From the NCBI GenBank assembly GCA_963678065.2, contig CAXXVZ010000003.1, forward strand, positions 2,048,001 through 2,112,000: DNA of 64,000 nucleotides. The letters run 5' to 3'. The position numbers were made by a program, and so were the translations under genes. Positions 58,060-64,000 of this stretch are shown piece by piece; position 1 is the stretch's first letter, and each line of letters opens with the position of its first letter. Below the pieces are notes generated by a model. That model was not told the DNA's origin. It worked only from the letters and a program-made list of their open reading frames with translations, and searched no databases. The stretch comes from Treponemataceae bacterium (lineage in GTDB: Bacteria; Spirochaetota; Spirochaetia; Treponematales; Rectinemataceae).

Positions 58060-58234
58060 TGTTTCTCCCGTTCCGAAAAAAAAGACATATAGTCAAATCT
58101 ATACAAAGGAAAGAAAACAAGTCAACTACACGCAAGGGCGGGAATGCGGGGTGTTTTTCGACTCACGTTGACTCGACGCTACTTTCTTATTAGGGTTAAG
58201 AGACAAGCCGAAGGGCGAAGGAGGCTGCAATTCC

Positions 58235-58666
58235 ATGTCAGACACTCAGGCGAGTGAGAGGCTCTCTGTGGGGATGCGCGGAGAGAAAGAGGTTGTCGTC
58301 GGACAGCTCCACACAGCGAGCCATCTGGGCTCGGGGAGTATGGCTGTCTACGCGACCCCGACCATGGTACTGCACATGGAAGAGGCGGCCCTCTCCTGCG
58401 TCGACCCGCTCCTGCCTCCGGGGAAGGCCACTGTGGGCTCGTTCATATCCGTGCGGCATCTTGCGCCGACTCCCCTCGGCATGAGGGTCAGGATCAAGGC
58501 CACACTCACTGCGATAGAGGGCAAGCTTCTCACGTTCTCGCTCGAAGCTTTCGACGATGTGGAGAAGATCGGAGAAGGCAGCCATGTCAGGGCGATAATC
58601 GATACGGGGCGCTTCGCGGAGAGACTCGCGGAGAAGGTCTCGCACGTGTCACAGGTTGTGCGGTGA
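58235..58666 (+). CDS. hot-dog thioesterase, fluoroacetyl-CoA thioesterase (FlK) family
   Basis: GSG..VYATP.MV..ME, TVG, V.HLAPTPLG, IGEG.H.R. Confidence 0.88.
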   Translation: MSDTQASERLSVGMRGEKEVVVGQLHTASHLGSGSMAVYATPTMVLHMEEAALSCVDPLLPPGKATVGSFISVRHLAPTPLGMRVRIKATLTAIEGKLLTFSLEAFDDVEKIGEGSHVRAIIDTGRFAERLAEKVSHVSQVVR

Positions 58667-59121
58667 ATCCCGCCTTCATGAAAGAGATGCCGCAAAAGGC
58701 GGCACAGGGTCACCTCTGGCATCGCTACCGCTTCTCGCTTGTTGTGGCCTTACTGATCATGGTAGCTGTCCTCCTTCCCGGCAAGACTTTCAACACCATC
58801 CAGTTGAACATCATCGGAGTCGACAAGATCGTTCACTTCCTCATGTTCTTCACATTCTCCCTCGTCTTCTCCATCGAATACCGTAAGGACAAAAAGCGGC
58901 TGCCTCATATCCTTACCCTCATTCTGCTGCTCACCGGCTTCGCGCTGTTCACGGAAACCTCCCAGCTTTTCGCGGAAGGCCGCTCCTTCGATCTATTTGA
59001 CGGACTGTTCGACCTCCTCGGCGCGGTCACGGCGCGCATGGCCGTCGGCCTGTTTCATCGCTTCGGGAAGAAATCGATTTCGCCGGTATTCCGGACGCGG
59101 GGATCCTCCAAAAACAACTGA
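58663..59121 (+). CDS. VanZ family membrane protein
   Basis: DKIVHFLMF, E.SQ...GRSFD.FD...D.LG. Confidence 0.85.
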   Translation: MNPAFMKEMPQKAAQGHLWHRYRFSLVVALLIMVAVLLPGKTFNTIQLNIIGVDKIVHFLMFFTFSLVFSIEYRKDKKRLPHILTLILLLTGFALFTETSQLFAEGRSFDLFDGLFDLLGAVTARMAVGLFHRFGKKSISPVFRTRGSSKNN

Positions 59122-59192
59122 ATCCCCAAAAACAGTCAGGAATCGGGCCGCCTCGCGTGAGCCGGGCTCGGCTATGTGATACTGTGTTGCCC

Positions 59193-60362
59193 ATGAAAGC
59201 GTCAAAACGCCACACTCTCATGGGCGAAGCGCCCGCCCTCGCCCTGCGCGTTTTTCCGGCCCTCATCGCGGCCATCCTTCTCGAGCTTTTCTTCCCCGGA
59301 GCATTTCGTTTCGAGGGCCTCGCCAGAGGGATAGCCTTCGCGGCCGGCATCGAACTCGCGGCTTTCGGACTCGCGTTCTGGCTCTCGGCGGCCATCGGCC
59401 TCCTGTCCGCGTTCAGGGCCGGAACTCTGGCTACACGGGGGGCCTACGGCCTCTGCCGCCATCCCATCTTCTCGTGGTGGATACTGTTCATCCTGCCGCC
59501 TCTCGCGCTGATCCTGGATTCCTGGATTTTCCTGGCAGTGGCGGTAGTTTTCCGCGTCGTGGCGGGACCGGCAGCGAAAAGAGAAGAGGAGAGCCTCGTC
59601 AAGGGATTCGGAGAAACCTACAGAAAATACGCGTCCAGAGTGCACGCCTTCCTCCCCCTTCCCCATTTCCACCCCTTCGCCGCCCGCAGGTACGCGAAAG
59701 CCGCGGTTTTTTTGGCGCTCTCGGGGGTCTGCGCCATCGCCGCCCTCGTCGTCATCGTGGCCCCGCTCGCGACGAAGCTGGGCACGAGAAATGGAGAGTC
59801 CGAGGCCGCCATGCCTGGCGATTCCGCCATCGCCAGGCCGAAAAACACCTACACACAGGCCATAACTATAATGGTTCCCCCCGCAGAGGTCTGGAAATGG
59901 CTCGTGCAGGTAGGGTATAAACGTGCCGGCTGGTACAATTTCGACGCGATCAACCGCCTTGCAGGCAAGGACTATTTCATCGAAGGCTCGGGATCGGCCC
60001 GGTCCATCCACCCCGAGCTGCAGGGCATACGGAAGGGCGACAAGATTTTCCTCGTTCCACAGCTCGGTCTTGAAATCACCGAACTGGAAGAGAATTCACT
60101 CCTCGTGATGCAGGGCGATCCATTGCATCCGGAGGCGGAATACAATGTCGCCTGGACCTACCTCCTGAAACCGGAGCCTGACGGGTCCACCCGTCTCATT
60201 ACCCGGTTCAGGGGCACCTATCCGCCGGGATTCGTGTCCGCCCTCGCCAACAGCATGGTGAATGTTGTCGGCGGAGCCATCATCCAACAGCCCGCGATGC
60301 TGAGGGGGCTGGCGGATAGGGCCGAAAAGGCCCACAGGGCAGATGCCCGGGGAAATTCCTGA
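59193..60362 (+). CDS. fusion of PEMT/ICMT-like membrane methyltransferase and SRPBCC-like domain
   Basis: LATRGAY..CRHP, EE..L...FGE.Y..Y...V..FLP; then AITI.VPP.EVW.WL.Q.G..RAGWY, W.Y.L.P...G.TRLITR. Confidence 0.75.
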   Translation: MKASKRHTLMGEAPALALRVFPALIAAILLELFFPGAFRFEGLARGIAFAAGIELAAFGLAFWLSAAIGLLSAFRAGTLATRGAYGLCRHPIFSWWILFILPPLALILDSWIFLAVAVVFRVVAGPAAKREEESLVKGFGETYRKYASRVHAFLPLPHFHPFAARRYAKAAVFLALSGVCAIAALVVIVAPLATKLGTRNGESEAAMPGDSAIARPKNTYTQAITIMVPPAEVWKWLVQVGYKRAGWYNFDAINRLAGKDYFIEGSGSARSIHPELQGIRKGDKIFLVPQLGLEITELEENSLLVMQGDPLHPEAEYNVAWTYLLKPEPDGSTRLITRFRGTYPPGFVSALANSMVNVVGGAIIQQPAMLRGLADRAEKAHRADARGNS

Positions 60363-60366
60363 AACC

Positions 60367-61344
60367 ATGTCCGAATCAAAAAAAACTTTTGCCGCTGCAT
60401 CCTCCGGGATTCCGGGTTCTTTATCCGGGAATGAGGATTCAGACCCGCTGGATCTCACGATTCTGGCCGGAAAAAACCATGCACAGATCATTCCGCAGGC
60501 CGGGGTCGCGGCGGAAGCCTTCGGCAGGCTCTTCGCCATCATCGCGCGGCTCAGGGCCCCGGACGGCTGCCCCTGGGACCGCGAGCAGAGTCTGGAAAGC
60601 CTCCGGGGGAATATCGTCGAAGAAGCCTACGAGCTCGTGGAAGCCATCGACGAGAAGGATCCCGCCCACATCGCGGAAGAGGCTGGCGATCTCTACCTCC
60701 TCGCCACCATGGTGGCCTACATGACCGAAGAGGCGGGGAGCTCCTCAGTCCGCGCGGCTCTGGACGGAGTGGGAGAAAAACTGGTCCGCCGCCACCCTCA
60801 TGTTTTTGGCGAATCGGATGCGGACACACCCGACAAGGTTGTAGAACAGTGGAACGACATCAAGGAGAAGGTCGAAGGACGACGGCCGAAGGATTCCATG
60901 CTGGACGGGATCTCCCGCGCCCTGCCCCCACTTGAGAGGGCCTACAAGATACAGAAGAAGGTCGCGAAAGCAGGATTCGAGTGGGAGACGAGAGAGGAGA
61001 TCTGGGACAAAGTCTACGAGGAGATCGGTGAGGCTCGCGAGGCCTGTGAGGCCATCATCGCCGGCGATGGTGCCGGAACCGGCGCCACGGTGGCGCACCA
61101 GGATCGTGGGAACGCACAGGCCCTGCTCGAGGGCGAAATCGGCGATATCCTCTTTTCCGTCATCAACGTGGCCCGCCGCTACAAGGTCGATCCCGCCCTC
61201 GCCCTCGGAAGGACGGTCGAAAAATTTTCACGCCGGTTCAGACATGTCGAGAAGCGCATGGCGCAGTCCGGATTGCCGATGCAGCCGGGGCACCTGCGCG
61301 AGATGGACGGTTTCTGGAACGAGGCCAAGCGGGGAGAGGCATGA
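60367..61344 (+). CDS. mazG: nucleoside triphosphate pyrophosphohydrolase
   Basis: LRAPDGCPWDREQ, EEAYE, EEAGD, KLVRRHPHVF, EIGDILF. Confidence 0.93.
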   Translation: MSESKKTFAAASSGIPGSLSGNEDSDPLDLTILAGKNHAQIIPQAGVAAEAFGRLFAIIARLRAPDGCPWDREQSLESLRGNIVEEAYELVEAIDEKDPAHIAEEAGDLYLLATMVAYMTEEAGSSSVRAALDGVGEKLVRRHPHVFGESDADTPDKVVEQWNDIKEKVEGRRPKDSMLDGISRALPPLERAYKIQKKVAKAGFEWETREEIWDKVYEEIGEAREACEAIIAGDGAGTGATVAHQDRGNAQALLEGEIGDILFSVINVARRYKVDPALALGRTVEKFSRRFRHVEKRMAQSGLPMQPGHLREMDGFWNEAKRGEA

Positions 61345-61485
61345 GAAATCTCAAGGCAGGGTGAGAGCCTCGACAAAGCTCCCGGTCCTGTTTCCCGTAC
61401 CGGAGAACCGGCTGAAGGGGAAAGCCGTCCGCGGCCTGCGGAACCGACTGGCGTCGGTGGACGATTTTTCCTATACTTGCATCCG

Positions 61486-63744
61486 ATGAGTTCGCACCTC
61501 TCCCCTGCCAGGCTGAAATCGGCCCGCAACGCGTATTACGTTTTCAATATCCTCAATTCATTTTCTTTCGTCTTGCTCTCTGGATCCTTCATCACCCTCT
61601 TCGCGCTCCGTCTCGGTGCATCGAATTCCTTCGTCGGACTGCTCAACGCCTTCGGCTACGGCACTTTTTTCTTCCTTCCGTTCGGCAAGAGGCTCGTGAG
61701 GTCATTCCCCATCGTCAAGGTCTTCGGCTACGCCTGGGCGGGCCGATACCTGGCCATGATTCCCGTCCTTGTCGCGCCGCTTTTCGCGGCGTGGGGAAAG
61801 CCCGGAATCGCCTTCGGCCTCATAATCGCCGGTACGGCGGGTTTCAGCGTGTTCCGCGGGGCCGCCCTCATCGGAAACAATCCCGTCCTCGCCCTCCTCG
61901 GAGGAGAAGGCGGTCACGGCAGCGCCGACCGCGGCGCCTTCCTCATGAACATCTCCATCATCAACTCACTCGCGGGAATGGCTGCGAGCCTCCTCGTAGC
62001 CATCATTCTCGGCCGCTCGGCGGAAACCTGGGTGTATGCCCTCTCGATGGGTCTCGGCATCGTCATCGGCCTTATCGGCGTCGGACTCCTTCTCAAGACC
62101 CCCGAACCCGAGGACTACCGCCCCGAAAAATCCGGAAATCTCGTCGCGACGACGATCGAGGCCTTCCGCGATCCTTCTTTCAAACTCTTCATAGTCATCT
62201 TTCTCGTGCTCTCTTTTGTGGGTGGCATGGCCCGCTCTTTCCTTCCTGTCTACGCCAAGGACGTGTTTTCCCAGGGCGACGACGCGGTCATGCTCTTTTC
62301 TCTCGTGGGAAGCCTCGGCTCCGTGGCGATGGGATTCCTCACGCGCAGGATTGTCGACAGGCTGGGCTCCAAGCCGCTCTTCGTGATCTTCACAGCGATG
62401 TCGCTGGCCGGACTCCTGCCGGTCGCCCTCCTGCCAGGGGACAGGCTGGCCTCGGCATCCCCCCTCGTCGTCCTCGCAATCCTCACCTTCATCAATTTCA
62501 TGGTCTCATTCAGCTTCGCGGGGGAGGAAAGCTCCGGGCAGAACTACTACTTCTCTCTGGTACCCAAGGAAAAGACCCTCGACCTCTCCGTCGTGTACTA
62601 TTTTGCCTACGGCCTCGGAGGATCTCTCGGCGCGGGGGCGGGAGGCATCGTTCTCGACGCCTTCGAGTCTCTCGGAATCGGGAACGCCGACACGTACCGG
62701 GTTTTCTATTCGGCCCTGATCCTCATACTGGCATTTTCACTGTTCAGGATGGGCAAACTCAAGCGCTTCGGTTCGGCCTCCGTTCGGGAATCCCTCGGCG
62801 TGATGTTCTCGATCCGGGACCTCCGTGCTTTCGACCTTCTGTCCCGGCTCGACCAGAGCGCCGACCCGGAGCAGGAAGTGAGGCTCATCCACGAGATCGG
62901 CGCCTCGGCGACCAAATCGACCCAGACGGAGCTGGCCCAGTACCTCGCCTCGCCTCGCTTTGAAGTCAGGATGGAAGCCCTCCTGGCCCTGGAGAACATG
63001 CCCTCTCTCGACCCTCCCCTCGTGGAAGCCCTCATCGCGGAAGTCGAGCGCCATCCCTACACGACATCCTACGTCGCGGCCCGTGTCCTCGGGAAACATG
63101 GCGCGCGGTTGGCCCTGCCCTGCCTCCGGAAGGCCATCGGAGCGGAGGATTACATGCTGCAAGGGTCGGCGATGATCTCCCTCGCCTGGCTCGGGGACAA
63201 GGTTTCGCGTCCGGAAATGGAAGCTGTCCTCGATGCGACGCCGAACCCGCGCGTCAGGATTTCCGCGGCTTACGCTCTCGAACTCCTCGGGGAGAGGGAT
63301 TCCCTCCCGGCACTGGTTTCCTGTCTGAGGAAGGACGATCCGCCAGCCTTCGTCTCGGACGAGATCGTCCTCGCCTGCGCGTCGCTGCTCGAAGTCATGA
63401 ACGGATTCTATCCGATGTACAAGGTGTTCTCGGAAAACGCCCCTGCGGGAATCGGTATGCTGACTGAGGCCATAGAAGACGGAGGTAAGGATCAGGCCTG
63501 GAAGTCGCAGTATCTCGGGGCGCTGGACCGGCTGTTTGACGACGAAAATCCCGACAGCGCTCCCATTTCCGCTTTCGTGCTCGGCGCGGGGATGGAGCCG
63601 GCCGCGGAAATCGTCCTCTCCGAGGCCATTCTCGATCCCGCGCTGTCGTATACAGGATTCAGGTTCCTTGTCGCTTCCTATCCGCTGCTTTCGGCATCGA
63701 TGGCTCCGGCAGATCAATCCGGTGCTTCAGCGGATCGGGATTGA
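61486..63744 (+). CDS. MFS transporter fused to C-terminal HEAT repeats
   Basis: ~12 TM segments with DRLGSK motif; then EVRMEALLAL, AARVLG, RVRISAAYALELLG repeats. Confidence 0.8.
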   Translation: MSSHLSPARLKSARNAYYVFNILNSFSFVLLSGSFITLFALRLGASNSFVGLLNAFGYGTFFFLPFGKRLVRSFPIVKVFGYAWAGRYLAMIPVLVAPLFAAWGKPGIAFGLIIAGTAGFSVFRGAALIGNNPVLALLGGEGGHGSADRGAFLMNISIINSLAGMAASLLVAIILGRSAETWVYALSMGLGIVIGLIGVGLLLKTPEPEDYRPEKSGNLVATTIEAFRDPSFKLFIVIFLVLSFVGGMARSFLPVYAKDVFSQGDDAVMLFSLVGSLGSVAMGFLTRRIVDRLGSKPLFVIFTAMSLAGLLPVALLPGDRLASASPLVVLAILTFINFMVSFSFAGEESSGQNYYFSLVPKEKTLDLSVVYYFAYGLGGSLGAGAGGIVLDAFESLGIGNADTYRVFYSALILILAFSLFRMGKLKRFGSASVRESLGVMFSIRDLRAFDLLSRLDQSADPEQEVRLIHEIGASATKSTQTELAQYLASPRFEVRMEALLALENMPSLDPPLVEALIAEVERHPYTTSYVAARVLGKHGARLALPCLRKAIGAEDYMLQGSAMISLAWLGDKVSRPEMEAVLDATPNPRVRISAAYALELLGERDSLPALVSCLRKDDPPAFVSDEIVLACASLLEVMNGFYPMYKVFSENAPAGIGMLTEAIEDGGKDQAWKSQYLGALDRLFDDENPDSAPISAFVLGAGMEPAAEIVLSEAILDPALSYTGFRFLVASYPLLSASMAPADQSGASADRD

Positions 63745-63997
63745 GCCGGTAGAACACAGCCGTGTAGCCGATGAGCCGCACAAGTTCGCTGTCGGTCTTC
63801 TCCGCGAGGGACAGGGCGAGTTCCCGACTGGCTTCCTTGAAATTGCCGAATCTGAGCTTGACGAGTTCGTGGTCAGTCAGCAGGGAATCGAGCCTCGCGA
63901 CGACACCCTCACTCTCTCCGGCCTTGCCGAGAATGACAAGCGGATCGCGGGTCTGCGCGAGGCCGCTCAGAAAACCTCTCTGTTTTGATGTCAGCAC
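63659..63997 (-). CDS. yhbY: YhbY/CRM-domain RNA-binding protein
   Basis: LTSKQR.FL..LA, V.LGKAG, L..HELVK.R, LV..IG.TAVFYR. Confidence 0.88.
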   Translation of the reverse strand: MLTSKQRGFLSGLAQTRDPLVILGKAGESEGVVARLDSLLTDHELVKLRFGNFKEASRELALSLAEKTDSELVRLIGYTAVFYRLNPDPLKHRIDLPEPSMPKAADRKRQGT

Positions 63998-64000
63998 ACT

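Noticed and set aside
1..64000. tRNA, rRNA, prophage or anti-phage defence genes
   Set aside because: None recognised by eye; mazG is the ordinary two-domain housekeeping type. tRNAscan/Infernal would be needed to exclude small RNAs

Overview
This is a 64-kb chromosomal segment of a GC-rich anaerobe, most likely a Spirochaetota member (inferred from gene style and content; there is no rRNA marker). From left to right it carries: (1) a secreted orphan protein with a double-glycine-like motif and an L,D-transpeptidase/Tlde1-like His-Cys motif, behind a structured leader; (2) a divergent locus with an AfuABC/FbpABC-like ABC importer, two phosphatases, two M20 amidohydrolases, a BMP-type nucleoside ABC importer, a deaminase and deoD; (3) a LolA-like protein, two LolE/FtsX-like permeases and a putative outer-membrane protein, directly downstream of rfbACDB; (4) a strongly AT-rich island (~24.9-38.1 kb) for a Wzm/Wzt-exported, probably methyl-capped rhamnose-rich surface glycan, with a G10 phase-variation candidate, a glycosyltransferase lacking a canonical start codon and an IS remnant; (5) peptidases, a TPR protein, nfnAB, a split GlmU-like pair and nifJ, followed by ~5 perfect 42-bp tandem copies of the nifJ 3' end; (6) housekeeping genes (RidA, Gfo/Idh/MocA, rbsK, DHOD-like, thioesterase, VanZ, a PEMT-SRPBCC fusion, mazG, an MFS-HEAT fusion, yhbY). 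I recognised no rRNA, tRNA or CRISPR array. All family calls come from reading motifs by eye, not from database searches.
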